A stretch of DNA of 64,000 nt, from assembly GCA_902826835.1 (NCBI GenBank), contig CADEGH010000001.1, forward strand, positions 290,859-354,858, written 5' to 3'. The notes below the pieces were generated by a model. That model was not told the origin of the DNA. It worked only from the letters and a program-made list of their open reading frames with translations, and searched no databases. Shown piece by piece: positions 29,490 to 39,153 of the stretch. The position numbers and the translations under genes were made by a program. Position 1 is the first letter of the stretch, and every line of letters begins with the position of its first letter. This DNA comes from an uncultured bacterium. Its GTDB lineage: Bacteria > Planctomycetota > GCA-002687715.

Positions 29490-30509
29490 TCATGTCTCGC
29501 CGCTCTTGGCGAGGTTTTCGCGAATCGAAGCGACCACGCGCTCCGCGACCTCCATCGCCAACAAACCGTGGCGTCCACTGACGAGGGGCTCACGGTGCTC
29601 GCGGACCGAGGCCAGAAATTCGCGATTCTCGCCCCGTAGCGGTTCTTCCCCCGAAGTCACCTGGAGTGTCTCGGACTTGACCATCCGCTTGAGCATGATG
29701 TCGAGCGGCGAGAGTTTCCCTAGGTCCATCCGGCCCTCGGCAATCGCCTCGCGAATCTTCGGAGCGGGTCGGATGATTCTCCCCGACTTCTCTTTGAAGT
29801 CGAGAGTGACGTAGGTGTCCTTCGCGAACAGGCGCAACTTGCGCTCGGTCTTGAGGGCCACGCGCGAGGCCGTGACATTCGCCACCGCGCCGTTTTCGAA
29901 CATGAGACGGGCGTCGGCGATGTCTTCGTGATCCCCGACCACCGCAACCCCAACCGCGTGCACCGCGGCCAGCGGCGAATCCACGAGGTGCAAAACGAGA
30001 TCGAGGTCGTGGATCATCATGTCCAGCACGACCCCCACGTCGGAAGATCGGAATGAAAACGGCGAGACCCGTTGCGCCTGGAGGAATCGCGGATTCCGCA
30101 CGTTTTGCAAAAGGGCCTGCACGGCGGGATTGAATCGCTCTACGTGGCCCACCATGAGCGGCAACCGACGCGCCGCCGCCAAATCGACGAGCCGGCGTCC
30201 CTCCTCGACCGAACTCGCCAAAGGCTTCTCGATGAGGCAGGCGACCCCGTGTTCGAGGAGAAAGCTCCCAACCGCCACGTGATTGCGAGTCGGGGTGGCG
30301 ACGACACACGCTTGGATTTCCCGGGCCATCGCCTCGAGGCTTGGAAACGCCTTCACCTTCCGGGCCTTGGCAATCTCCTGGGCTCGCGCCGGATCACTGT
30401 CGAACACGCCCACGAGTTCGGCTTCCGGCAATTCGGAGAGAACCCGCGCGTGGAGCGAACCCAAGGCGCCCGTCCCCGCCACACCCACTCGAATGCGTTC
30501 GGACTTCAC
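29490..30509 (-). CDS. Gfo/Idh/MocA-family NAD(P)-dependent oxidoreductase, translationally coupled to lpxA (possible GnnA-like UDP-GlcNAc 3-dehydrogenase)
   Basis: Rossmann N-terminus IRVGVAGTGALGSLHARVL...ELVGVFDSDPARAQ, EKPLA motif, and the Gfo/Idh/MocA C-terminal domain. The GTG start overlaps the lpxA TGA (GTGA). The start coordinate is approximate. Confidence 0.65.
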   Translation of the reverse strand: MKSERIRVGVAGTGALGSLHARVLSELPEAELVGVFDSDPARAQEIAKARKVKAFPSLEAMAREIQACVVATPTRNHVAVGSFLLEHGVACLIEKPLASSVEEGRRLVDLAAARRLPLMVGHVERFNPAVQALLQNVRNPRFLQAQRVSPFSFRSSDVGVVLDMMIHDLDLVLHLVDSPLAAVHAVGVAVVGDHEDIADARLMFENGAVANVTASRVALKTERKLRLFAKDTYVTLDFKEKSGRIIRPAPKIREAIAEGRMDLGKLSPLDIMLKRMVKSETLQVTSGEEPLRGENREFLASVREHREPLVSGRHGLLAMEVAERVVASIRENLAKSGET

Positions 30510-31309
30510 GATTCGAGCGAGCGACCGTTGCGGCCTCGCTCCATGCGGCGCAGGAACTCGCAGAGTTCGTGCACCTCGGGGGTGACCTCGGCGTGCGACT
30601 GGATTTCGTCGATGACCTCGGACTTCGGCCGGAGGGAACGGAACAATTTTCGGTGCGCCAGGCGCAGCGACTCGATCGCCGCCGCTCCGAAGCCGTTGCG
30701 CTGGAGGCCGACCGTGTTGACTTTGCGGACCTTCGACGGGTGGCCTTCGACCACCATGAACGGCGGAACGTCGTGCACGATGCGCGTGAGTCCCCCCACA
30801 TAGGAGCAACGCCCGATCGTGGCGAATTGTTGCACTCCGGCCGCGCCATTCAGGATCGCCCGATCGTGCACCACCACGTGTCCCGCGAGCAGGACGTTGT
30901 TGGCGAGGATGACACCGTCTCCGATCGTGCAATCGTGCGCGACATGCGAACAGGACATGAACAAATTGCGATTGCCAATCTTGGTCGAACCGTCGCCCTT
31001 CAGCGTGCCTCGATTGAGCGTGGCAAATTCGCGAACGCGATTTTCGTCCCCCATGACGAGCCAGGTCGGTTCGCCCTTGAAGCTCAAGTCCTGGGGTTCG
31101 ACCCCCACTGCGGCGTGCCCGTGGATGACATTGCGAGCGCCCATCCGCGTGTAACACCCGATGATGGCGTGCGGACCGATCGAGCAGCCCTCCCCGATCA
31201 TCACCGCGCCTTCGACGATTGCGTAGGGCCCGACCGTAACGCCCGGCCCGAGTTCCGCGCTCGGGTCCACCACGGCGGTGGGGTGAATGATCGGCGAAGT
31301 CGCGCTCAT
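30506..31309 (-). CDS. lpxA: acyl-ACP--UDP-N-acetylglucosamine O-acyltransferase
   Basis: IHPTAVVDPSAELGPGVTVGPYAIVEGAVMIGEGCSIGPHAIIG hexapeptide repeats and the LpxA C-terminal helical domain. Position in the lpx cluster. Confidence 0.9.
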   Translation of the reverse strand: MSATSPIIHPTAVVDPSAELGPGVTVGPYAIVEGAVMIGEGCSIGPHAIIGCYTRMGARNVIHGHAAVGVEPQDLSFKGEPTWLVMGDENRVREFATLNRGTLKGDGSTKIGNRNLFMSCSHVAHDCTIGDGVILANNVLLAGHVVVHDRAILNGAAGVQQFATIGRCSYVGGLTRIVHDVPPFMVVEGHPSKVRKVNTVGLQRNGFGAAAIESLRLAHRKLFRSLRPKSEVIDEIQSHAEVTPEVHELCEFLRRMERGRNGRSLES

Positions 31310-32604
31310 GCGTCCATCATCATGAATTTCATGACCACTTCACAGGAAAGTTCGTCGTTCACGGACGCTCGACCCCGGACCTTGCCGGAACGATTCTTGA
31401 AATTGAGGGTTTCGCACTCAAGCCGCAGCGTATCGCCCGGCACCACCGCGCGGCGGAACTTGATGTGGTCGATGGCCAACAGGACCGCGACCTTGCCAGT
31501 GTTTTGCAGGCGGCGCAGGAGCAATACCCCCGAGAGCTGGGCCAAGGCCTCGACTTGCAGGACTCCGGGCATGATCGGTTGGCCCGGCCAGTGGCCCTGA
31601 AAATGAGGCTCGTTGAAGGAGACACACTTGATGCCCACGGCTCGCTGGTACCCCACCAGTTCGAGGACCCGATCGACAAACAAAAAGGGATAACGATGAG
31701 GGATGATCTTCATGATCTCCTGCACCGACATCCCGGTGTCCGACTGAACCACTCCTTTGGCTTCGAGTTCGCCGAGGCGACGGGACAGGAGGCGCACCAA
31801 CTCGTGGTTGGCAGCGTGCCCGCTGCGCGAAGCCACGATGTGGGCCCGCAAATCGGCTCCGAAGAGCGCCAAGTCCCCGATCAAGTCGAGGATCTTGTGG
31901 CGCGCCAGTTCGTTCTGGAAGCGGAAGCTGTTCTCGATCGGTCCCTGCTCGGACAAGACCAGCGTGTTTTGTGTGGTAGCGCCCTTACCCAGTCCGGCCT
32001 CTTGGAGCGCGCGGGCTTCCCGCTCGAGGCAGAATGTCCGAGCCGGCGCAATTTCGGCGAGGAATCGCTCTTCGTCGAGATCGACCATCCCGCTTTGGGC
32101 CCCGTGGATCCCCATGCTCGGGTAATAGAGACTATAGGAGAGGCGTAGCCCCTCGGCATGGGGAAAGGCCGTAATGGTGGCATCTCCCTGCTGCACGGTG
32201 ATCGGAACGTCGAGAGTGAACGTCTTGCGCGGCTGCTTTTGGTCGACTCTCCCGCCTTCTTTCAGCGCCAAGGCAAACGGCAGGCTCGATCCGTCGAGGC
32301 CGGGCACCTCGGGGCCGTCGATCTCGACTTCGACGTTGTCGAGGCCGAGCGCGAAGAGCGCGGAGGTGAGGTGTTCGACGGTGCCGACTTCGGCTTCGCC
32401 GGCGGCAATCACGGTTTGGCGATTCCGTTCGATGACGGCATCGCGCTTCAGCGGGATGCGCGGTCGCCCCGTGAGATCGGAACGAATGAACACGATGCCC
32501 GTGTCGGCCTCCTGGGGCCGCACGAGGACATTGGTCTCGCGGCCCGAGTGCAACCCGACCCCGCGCAAGGCCACTTGGCTCTTGAGCGTTCGCTGATTCC
32601 TCAC
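31306..32604 (-). CDS. lpxC/fabZ: bifunctional UDP-3-O-acyl-GlcNAc deacetylase / 3-hydroxyacyl-ACP dehydratase (LpxC-FabZ fusion)
   Basis: The N-terminal 280 aa is LpxC-like (TLKSQVALRGVGLHSGRETNVLVRPQEADTGIVFIRSDL...). The C-terminal 150 aa is a FabZ hot-dog domain (IPHRYPFLFVDRVLEL...HFQGHWPGQPIMPGVLQVEALAQ). Confidence 0.85.
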   Translation of the reverse strand: MRNQRTLKSQVALRGVGLHSGRETNVLVRPQEADTGIVFIRSDLTGRPRIPLKRDAVIERNRQTVIAAGEAEVGTVEHLTSALFALGLDNVEVEIDGPEVPGLDGSSLPFALALKEGGRVDQKQPRKTFTLDVPITVQQGDATITAFPHAEGLRLSYSLYYPSMGIHGAQSGMVDLDEERFLAEIAPARTFCLEREARALQEAGLGKGATTQNTLVLSEQGPIENSFRFQNELARHKILDLIGDLALFGADLRAHIVASRSGHAANHELVRLLSRRLGELEAKGVVQSDTGMSVQEIMKIIPHRYPFLFVDRVLELVGYQRAVGIKCVSFNEPHFQGHWPGQPIMPGVLQVEALAQLSGVLLLRRLQNTGKVAVLLAIDHIKFRRAVVPGDTLRLECETLNFKNRSGKVRGRASVNDELSCEVVMKFMMMDA

Positions 32605-33647
32605 CGAGGCGGCTCCTCGGGCAGCGCTCCCAGGCGGCGCAACGCGGCCTCGGCGGTCTTCAGCCGTTCCCAGATCTCCGGCAGCTTGAGCTGCAGCAGT
32701 CGTACGCGTTTGCCTTCGGCGATCGGCCGAGCGGGAACTCCCATGTAGCCGGCGCCGCCAGGCAGGTTGTTCCCCACGCCCGAAAACGCGCTGACCTGGG
32801 CACCGTCACCAATCTCGAGGTGCCCCGCCACTCCGACGTGGCCGCCCAAGACGACGTGCTTGCCGAGCTTGGTGCTGCCGGCGACGCCGGCCTGGGCCAC
32901 GATGAGGCTGTGGTCTCCGACCACGACGTTATGGCCGATTTGGACCAAATTGTCGATCTTGGTGCCCTTGCCGATGCGGGTCGCTTCGAAGCGGGCGCGG
33001 TCGATGCAGGAGTTCGCGCCGATCTCGACATCGTCTTCGATGATCACCGTGCCGACCTGGGGAATCTTGACGTGCACACCCGCCGGGTCGGTCGCGTAGC
33101 CGAAGCCGTCGGCCCCGACCACCACCCCCGAATGGAGGATGACCCGATCCATCACCCGCACGTCCTCGCGCAGGACCACGTTCGGATAGAGGATGCAATC
33201 GGCACCGACGGAGACCCGCTCGCCGATGTAGGTGCCGGGAAACACTACGGTGCGAGCGCCGACCCGGGCTCCCGACGCGATGTAAGCTCCCGCGCGCACC
33301 GTGGCGGAGGCATCGACCTTCGCATCTACCGCGATGTGCGCTCCCGGCTCAATTCCCGGCCGAGCCGAGATGCGTCCGCGCATCAGGCTGTCGACAATGC
33401 GCGCGAAGGCGAGGTTCGGATCGGCCACCAGAATGTGGACGCCGCCGTAGCCGGGAACCGGTGAGGCGGCGACGATCGCCGCCGCCTTCGAACGAGCGGC
33501 CACCCCGAGATATTTGGGGTCCGAAATGAAGCTGAGCTCCCCCGCGCCGGCGCTCTCGATGCCCGCGCAGCCGGTGACCTCGATAGACGGTTCGCCTTGG
33601 ACCCGTCCAGACACGAGACTCGCGAGTTCGGCCACCGTCTTCATCAT
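32601..33647 (-). CDS. lpxD: UDP-3-O-(3-hydroxyacyl)glucosamine N-acyltransferase
   Basis: MMKTVAELASLVSGRVQGEPSIEVTGCAGIESAGAGELSFISDPKY then a left-handed beta-helix of hexapeptide repeats. 4-nt overlap with lpxC/fabZ. Confidence 0.85.
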   Translation of the reverse strand: MMKTVAELASLVSGRVQGEPSIEVTGCAGIESAGAGELSFISDPKYLGVAARSKAAAIVAASPVPGYGGVHILVADPNLAFARIVDSLMRGRISARPGIEPGAHIAVDAKVDASATVRAGAYIASGARVGARTVVFPGTYIGERVSVGADCILYPNVVLREDVRVMDRVILHSGVVVGADGFGYATDPAGVHVKIPQVGTVIIEDDVEIGANSCIDRARFEATRIGKGTKIDNLVQIGHNVVVGDHSLIVAQAGVAGSTKLGKHVVLGGHVGVAGHLEIGDGAQVSAFSGVGNNLPGGAGYMGVPARPIAEGKRVRLLQLKLPEIWERLKTAEAALRRLGALPEEPPR

Positions 33648-33649
33648 GA

Positions 33650-34210
33650 CTATCCGTTCAGCCGCTTCACGATCTCGGAAGTGAGGTCGAGGGCGGGATC
33701 GTGGTAGAGAACCTGGCGCAGGACCATCGCACGCGTGAGTTCCTCGCGAGTCCGGCCTTCGAGGTCGTTGGTGTTCACGAGAAAGACTGCCCCGAGACGA
33801 CGCTCGTTCGAAATGGCCTCGGCGATGCGACGCACCTCCTCGAACACCTTTTTCATGTGATCGACGAGGTCCCGCTCCAGTTCGAAGAGGTAATTCTTCT
33901 CGCGGATTTCGAGCTGGATGCGGGCGAGGGCGATCTTCTTTTCGTCTTCGAGGCGCTTGAGCGGCTCGTCGGACAAGCGGAGGGCGCTCGACTCGAGATC
34001 GTCCATCATGGCCTTGAGCTTCTCGCGCTCGTTGCGGATTTCGTTCCGGGCCTGGGCGATGCGTTTGTCGAGAGCCTCCGAGATCTCGGCGGTCTTTTTG
34101 TACTCGAGGAGGACGCGTTGGACGTCGACAAATCCCATGGACTGCCCAAGGAGGGTCGCGGCCGAGCCAAAAACGAAGAGAAGCACGGGAACCAAGCGAG
34201 ACATAGGCAT
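33650..34210 (-). CDS. skp: OmpH/Skp-family periplasmic chaperone
   Basis: Signal peptide MPMSRLVPVLLFVFGSAATLLGQ. Coiled-coil-rich charged body. Located between lpxD and bamA. The start among nearby Met codons is uncertain. Confidence 0.7.
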   Translation of the reverse strand: MPMSRLVPVLLFVFGSAATLLGQSMGFVDVQRVLLEYKKTAEISEALDKRIAQARNEIRNEREKLKAMMDDLESSALRLSDEPLKRLEDEKKIALARIQLEIREKNYLFELERDLVDHMKKVFEEVRRIAEAISNERRLGAVFLVNTNDLEGRTREELTRAMVLRQVLYHDPALDLTSEIVKRLNG

Positions 34211-34235
34211 GAACTCCAGCGGGGCTCGGCGGCGC

Positions 34236-36749
34236 TTAGAAGTAACGTCCGAAGCTGAAGGAGATGATCTGCTTCTCATCCCCCTCGTAGTCGACCACGG
34301 GTAGGCCAAAATCGAGGGCGACCGGTCTTTCCCCGAGGAACGGTATCACGACGCGCAGACCCACGCCAACGCCGACGCGGGCGTCGAAGATGGAGTCGTC
34401 GCCCCACGTTTCGGCCACCGATCCGCTGTCTACGAACGCCACGCCGCGGATGTACTCCGCCACGAGGGGGAATTGGTACTCGGCCCCCGCGAGCCACAGC
34501 GCCTTTCCACCAGTCGGGCTGTCGTTTTCCTGCGGGCCCACTCCGCGGAAGCGGAAGCCGCGCAAGCTGTTCTCGCCGCCCGCGAAAAACCGCTCGTAGA
34601 TCGGGATGTCTGGCGAGTCGCCGTACTCCTCCCCCCAGCCGAGGGTGCCTCGCAGTTGCAGTACATGATGCCGCTCGGCGTCGTCCTCGAGAATGTCGAA
34701 ATAGGTTTCGCCCGAGAGGAGCGCCTTGTTGTATTCGATGTCGCCCCACAGGCCGGCATGTTCGAGGCTCGCGCGGATCGTGAAGCCGTCGGTGGGATCG
34801 ATGATGTCGTCGACTCTCGACAGCCGGAGATCGAGGGTGAGCGACGCGAGATTGCGTTCACCTTCGAAGTCGAAGACGATTTGGGGAGCGTCGCCGTCGA
34901 TGTCCGAGACCTCGACGAGTTCATTGCGCAGGGTCAGGTCGCCGCGCACGTCGCTCCCGAGGCGCCGTCCGACTCGGATCGAGGCTCCGAGTCGCTCTTC
35001 GTCCCAATCCTCGCGGAACCACACCGTGCGGTAGAGATCACCTACGACGAGCCATGGCGAATCGAAAATTCGGGGATTACCCCAGGACGCGCGGTAGCGC
35101 GTCACCCGAGTGCCCGGTTGGAAGCTCAGCGTGAGGAATTGGCCGCCCCCGGTGAATGCGTCGAAGAAGTCGTCGAAGCTATCTGGGAAGTCGGTCGGGT
35201 CGAAATTTTGCTTTTCGTAGGTGATGTCGCCAATGAAGCCGGAGGTCGAGGCGAGGCCCGCCGCGAAGCGGATGCTTCCGGTGTCCTGCTCTTCGAGGTC
35301 GATGACCACGTCTTTGATGTCGCTGCGCTTCGTGTCCCGCAACGAGAGATAGGCGTCGCGGTAGATCCCGTGTTCGCTGACCGGGATCTCGGGGGTGCCC
35401 ACGCCCACGCCTTTCTCGGGCACCCAGTAACGCAGGGCGCGGATGCGCTGTCGCGACTCTTTGAGCTTTTTCAAATCCAGCGGCTCGCCGGTGTAGAGCT
35501 CGATGTCGCGGCGAATGACGCGGTCCTGAGTCTCGACGTTGCCGTTGACGATGATTTCGCCGACGTAGGTCACCTGGCCTTCTTGGACCGTGAGGACCAC
35601 ATCCACTTCGGTTCCTTCGAGCCCGAAGGTGCTCTCGTCGGCCACGCGGACCTGGGTGTACCCGAAGCCTTGGAGCTTCTCTTCGATCAGTTCGATGTCC
35701 TTTTGCAGATCGAAGCCGGGCTGGTAGGGGCTGCCTGCGACCGTCTTCATCTCGACGAACAGTTCCTCCGGCGGAAGAACGGTGAGCCCCTCGATCTTGA
35801 TGCTCTTGACGGTGTACAGCGGACCCTGGTTCACGCTGAACACGAGGTCCACCTCGTCGTGCGAAGGCGTCGGCCGCCAATCGAGCAGAGTGGCCTGGGC
35901 ATCCCGATAGCCCTTTCCGCGGTAGAAGTTGGTCAGCGCGACGGCATCCCGCCTGATCTGATCGAGCACGAATTCCTTGCTCGAAAGGAGCCCCGGCTCC
36001 TCGGTGAAGGGCATCTCCTTCAACATCTCGTTCTTCGTGAACGCGTTTTCGCCCTCGAAGGTGACGGAGCGGATCGTGACCTCCGATCCCTCAATAATCT
36101 TGAAGACGATCAAATCGCCCAGGCGCTCGGCCTGCTTCACGAACTCCACCGTGCAGTAGTGGAACCCCTTGTTGCGATAGGCCCGCAAGATCTCCTGGCG
36201 ATCGAGCTCGAGGGTGAAGTCGTCGACGAGGTTGCCGCTGCGGGTGCGCATCAGCGGCAGCAGTTCCTCTCGGTCCATTTCGACCGCGCCGAGGAAGACG
36301 AGGCCGGCGACCCGCTGATTCTCCTGCGCGAGGATCTCGATGACCACGCCCTTCCCCGACTCGTCGAGGGTGGCCTTCACGCTCGGGATGAGGCGAAACA
36401 CCTTGGGGACCGGCCGATCCTCTTCGTCGGTGCGGCCCGGGCCGGGCCGAGCCGATTCGAGCCCGGGGCGAGGCGCGCCGTCCTCCGTACTCACCGTCTC
36501 CCGGTAACCGGACAGGAGTTTGACATCGCGATCGAGCACATCGCGGCGGAAGGCCTCACCTTCCTTCGATTGCATCAGCTCTTTCACGGCTTCGGGAGTC
36601 AGGCGCTCGAGCCCCCGGAATTGGATCGCGACGATGGGCTTTCCTTCGAGATCCTGGCCCCCGAGCTGGGCATGGACGGGCCGCCCGGCCAGGAGTGGCA
36701 CCAAGAGTGCCGCGAGCAAGAATCCAGACCAGCTCGATCGTGCGTGCAT
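34236..36749 (-). CDS. bamA: outer membrane protein assembly factor BamA (POTRA domains plus Omp85 barrel)
   Basis: Signal peptide MHARSSWSGFLLAALLVPLLAGRPVHAQ. POTRA-like repeats. The C-terminal barrel ends ...QIISFSFGRYF. Sits in the bamA-skp-lpxD context. Confidence 0.85.
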   Translation of the reverse strand: MHARSSWSGFLLAALLVPLLAGRPVHAQLGGQDLEGKPIVAIQFRGLERLTPEAVKELMQSKEGEAFRRDVLDRDVKLLSGYRETVSTEDGAPRPGLESARPGPGRTDEEDRPVPKVFRLIPSVKATLDESGKGVVIEILAQENQRVAGLVFLGAVEMDREELLPLMRTRSGNLVDDFTLELDRQEILRAYRNKGFHYCTVEFVKQAERLGDLIVFKIIEGSEVTIRSVTFEGENAFTKNEMLKEMPFTEEPGLLSSKEFVLDQIRRDAVALTNFYRGKGYRDAQATLLDWRPTPSHDEVDLVFSVNQGPLYTVKSIKIEGLTVLPPEELFVEMKTVAGSPYQPGFDLQKDIELIEEKLQGFGYTQVRVADESTFGLEGTEVDVVLTVQEGQVTYVGEIIVNGNVETQDRVIRRDIELYTGEPLDLKKLKESRQRIRALRYWVPEKGVGVGTPEIPVSEHGIYRDAYLSLRDTKRSDIKDVVIDLEEQDTGSIRFAAGLASTSGFIGDITYEKQNFDPTDFPDSFDDFFDAFTGGGQFLTLSFQPGTRVTRYRASWGNPRIFDSPWLVVGDLYRTVWFREDWDEERLGASIRVGRRLGSDVRGDLTLRNELVEVSDIDGDAPQIVFDFEGERNLASLTLDLRLSRVDDIIDPTDGFTIRASLEHAGLWGDIEYNKALLSGETYFDILEDDAERHHVLQLRGTLGWGEEYGDSPDIPIYERFFAGGENSLRGFRFRGVGPQENDSPTGGKALWLAGAEYQFPLVAEYIRGVAFVDSGSVAETWGDDSIFDARVGVGVGLRVVIPFLGERPVALDFGLPVVDYEGDEKQIISFSFGRYF

Positions 36750-36870
36750 CCCCGTCCCTCTGCATGTAGCGACTCGAAGCGCGAAGCTCTTCGAGCCGGA
36801 TCCCGGGAAGCTGCCGAACGGGCGCGCGCGCGTCAAGCCCTTTTCCACCCGGAGCCCCCCCAAACTGGGG

Positions 36871-38229
36871 TCAATCGCGCGACCCGGACTCGACGGCCGC
36901 ATTTTCGAAGCGGAGTTTGTGGGGGAAGAACAAAAGGTCCACCTTGCCGGTCGGACCATTGCGCTGTTTCGCGATGATCACCTCCGTCGGCGAGCCCTCC
37001 CCGGCCGGTGCCGGCGTCCCGGTGTAGTAGTCCTCGCGGAAGAGGAAGATGATGACGTCGGCGTCCTGCTCGATGGCGCCCGATTCACGAAGATCGGACA
37101 GTCTCGGTCGGTGGTCTTCCCGGCTATCCACCGAGCGGTTGAGCTGAGACAGGGCGATCACCGGGCACTCGAGTTCGCGAGCCAGCTCCTTCAGGGCGCG
37201 GGAGATCTGGGAGATTTCCTGCTGGCGATTCTCCGCCTTGGGCGGGGAGGCGACGAGTTGGAGGTAGTCGACGATGACCAGATCCAGGCCGCCGTTGCGC
37301 TGGGCCACCCGTCTAGCCTTGGTGCGGATCGCCATCGGGGTGAGCCCCGCCGTCGAATCGATGAAAAAGGGCGCCTTGTGGAGCTTGCCCGCGGCTTCCT
37401 GCAGCTTGCTCCAATCGCGATCGGTGAGGAGGCCCTTCCTGACATTGCTCGCATTCACGTCGGCGCGGGCACAGAGCAGATTCTGGGCGATCTGCTCCTC
37501 CGACATTTCGAGGCTGAACAGGAGCACCCGCGAGTTCATCTGCAAACAGGCGTTCATGCCCAAATTCAGCGAGAAGGTGGTTTTGCCCATCGAAGGGCGC
37601 GCCGCCACGATGATGAGATCGCCCTTCTGCAGACCGCTCGTCATGTCGTTGACGCGGAAGTAGCCGGTATCGAGCCCGGTGATGGCACCCCGGGTTTCGT
37701 GCAGTTTCTCCAGGCGGTCGAAGGTCTTTTCGAGGATGCTCCCGACCTGCACCGTCCCTCGACTCGCCTCGCGCTCCCCGATTTCGAAGATGCTCGACTC
37801 GGCACGGTCCAGAACCTCTGCCGCCGGATCCTCGGATCTCAGCGCCTCCTGGCGGATGATATCGGCAGCCTCGGCCAATCGGCGGCGCACCGCGCGCTCC
37901 CTCACGATTTTCGCGTAGTGCTCGGCATTGGCCGCGGATGGCAGGACTTCGAGCAGTTCCACCAGAAAGGTGCGTCCCCCCACTTCGTCGAGGCGCCCTT
38001 TTTTCGCGAGTTCCTCGCTCAGCGTCACCAGGTCCGGTGTCGTGTGCCGCGACTCGAGATCGATGAGCGATTCGTAGATCTGACGATGCCGCTCTTCGAA
38101 GAAATCCTCAGGCTGGAGCGACGAGGCGATCGTGCCGAGGATCGAAGGATCGATGAGGATCGCCCCGAGGACGCTCATTTCGGCTTCGCGATTATGGAGA
38201 ACGACCGATCCGCCCGGCGCCTCTGGCAT
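36871..38229 (-). CDS. dnaB: replicative DNA helicase
   Basis: N-terminal EAEMSVLGAILIDPS, Walker A GARPSMGKTTFSLN, and RecA-like core motifs. 452 aa. Confidence 0.9.
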   Translation of the reverse strand: MPEAPGGSVVLHNREAEMSVLGAILIDPSILGTIASSLQPEDFFEERHRQIYESLIDLESRHTTPDLVTLSEELAKKGRLDEVGGRTFLVELLEVLPSAANAEHYAKIVRERAVRRRLAEAADIIRQEALRSEDPAAEVLDRAESSIFEIGEREASRGTVQVGSILEKTFDRLEKLHETRGAITGLDTGYFRVNDMTSGLQKGDLIIVAARPSMGKTTFSLNLGMNACLQMNSRVLLFSLEMSEEQIAQNLLCARADVNASNVRKGLLTDRDWSKLQEAAGKLHKAPFFIDSTAGLTPMAIRTKARRVAQRNGGLDLVIVDYLQLVASPPKAENRQQEISQISRALKELARELECPVIALSQLNRSVDSREDHRPRLSDLRESGAIEQDADVIIFLFREDYYTGTPAPAGEGSPTEVIIAKQRNGPTGKVDLLFFPHKLRFENAAVESGSRD

Positions 38230-38310
38230 TCCACTTCCTCGATCGAATCGGGGCGAAACGAGAAAGGGGGAGCCCCGGACGTGCCGAGGCTCTCCCCTGT
38301 CGAAGCTCGA

Positions 38311-38811
38311 TCAAGCCGTGGGTTCGGCGGCCTTCGCGGGAGCGTTGGGCAGCCAATCCTCGCGACCTTCGGCACGCACCTTCACCGGAATGCTCACCTC
38401 GACCTGTTCGTGGAGGTGGATGAGCACGGTGTAGTCGCCCACCGCCTTGATGGGCTGGGTGAGACGAACCGTCTTGGCGTCGAAACGAACCCCGGCCTTG
38501 GTGCCCGCTTCGGCGATGAGCTTCTCGCTCACCGAGCCGTAGAGGTTGCCGGTTTCGGAAGCCTTGGTGACGATCTTGAGATCCAGCTTGCCGATGTGGC
38601 CCGCCAGTTCCCGGAGTTCGTCGATCAGTTTTGCTTCCTCGCCGAGCCACTTCACGCGCTGGCGTTCGACGTGGGCGACGTTGTCGGGGGTCGAAAGAAT
38701 CGCCGCCCCCATGGGGAAAAGGTAGTTGCGAGCGTACCCCTCGCGGACGCGGACCTTGTTGCCGCGCTTGCCGAGGTGCTCGATGTCTTTGACGAGAAGG
38801 AGTTCAATCAT
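38311..38811 (-). CDS. rplI: 50S ribosomal protein L9
   Basis: MIELLLVKDIEHLGKRGNKVRVREGYARNYLFPMG is a canonical L9 N-domain. Confidence 0.9.
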   Translation of the reverse strand: MIELLLVKDIEHLGKRGNKVRVREGYARNYLFPMGAAILSTPDNVAHVERQRVKWLGEEAKLIDELRELAGHIGKLDLKIVTKASETGNLYGSVSEKLIAEAGTKAGVRFDAKTVRLTQPIKAVGDYTVLIHLHEQVEVSIPVKVRAEGREDWLPNAPAKAAEPTA

Positions 38812-38851
38812 GACGGGGTGGCCAGCCGAAGCCGACCCTCCTTTCTTGTGC

Positions 38852-39136
38852 TCAGCCCGTAAAGGACAAGAGCCCCATGTTGCGTGCCTTCTTGATTTCG
38901 GCCTTGATGCGCTGCTGGGCGCGGGCGCAGCTCGCCGAGCGCTTGCGCGAGAACATCTTGCCCTGCGAGGTCACGAGCTTCTGCAGGAGGTCGATGTTCT
39001 TGTAGTCGATGATCTTGATGGCTTCGGAGCAGTTGTCCTTCTTTTCGCACCAGCGGCAGCGAGTGCGCTCGGCGAACTTCTTGAACTTGTTGCGCTTCTT
39101 GCGCTTCTCCTTCATTTTCTTCGTCATCATGCTCAT
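38852..39136 (-). CDS. rpsR: 30S ribosomal protein S18
   Basis: RCRWCEKKDNCSEAIKIIDYKNIDLLQKLVTSQGKMFSRKRS is an S18 signature. Confidence 0.9.
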   Translation of the reverse strand: MSMMTKKMKEKRKKRNKFKKFAERTRCRWCEKKDNCSEAIKIIDYKNIDLLQKLVTSQGKMFSRKRSASCARAQQRIKAEIKKARNMGLLSFTG

Positions 39137-39153
39137 GTTTGGCTCCTTTCCTC

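Noticed and set aside
29493-29519. hairpin CTCGCC-gctctt-GGCGAG followed by GTTTTC, looked like an intrinsic terminator for lpxB
   Set aside because: It lies inside the C-terminal coding sequence of the minus-strand oxidoreductase and 250 nt beyond the lpxB stop. A terminator role is possible but unsupported.
34473-36977. 834-aa ORF on the + strand
   Set aside because: Antisense to bamA, whose POTRA/Omp85 identity is unambiguous.
36520-38862. 780-aa ORF on the + strand
   Set aside because: Antisense to dnaB and rplI. The protein is Arg/Gly/Asp-rich with no motif.
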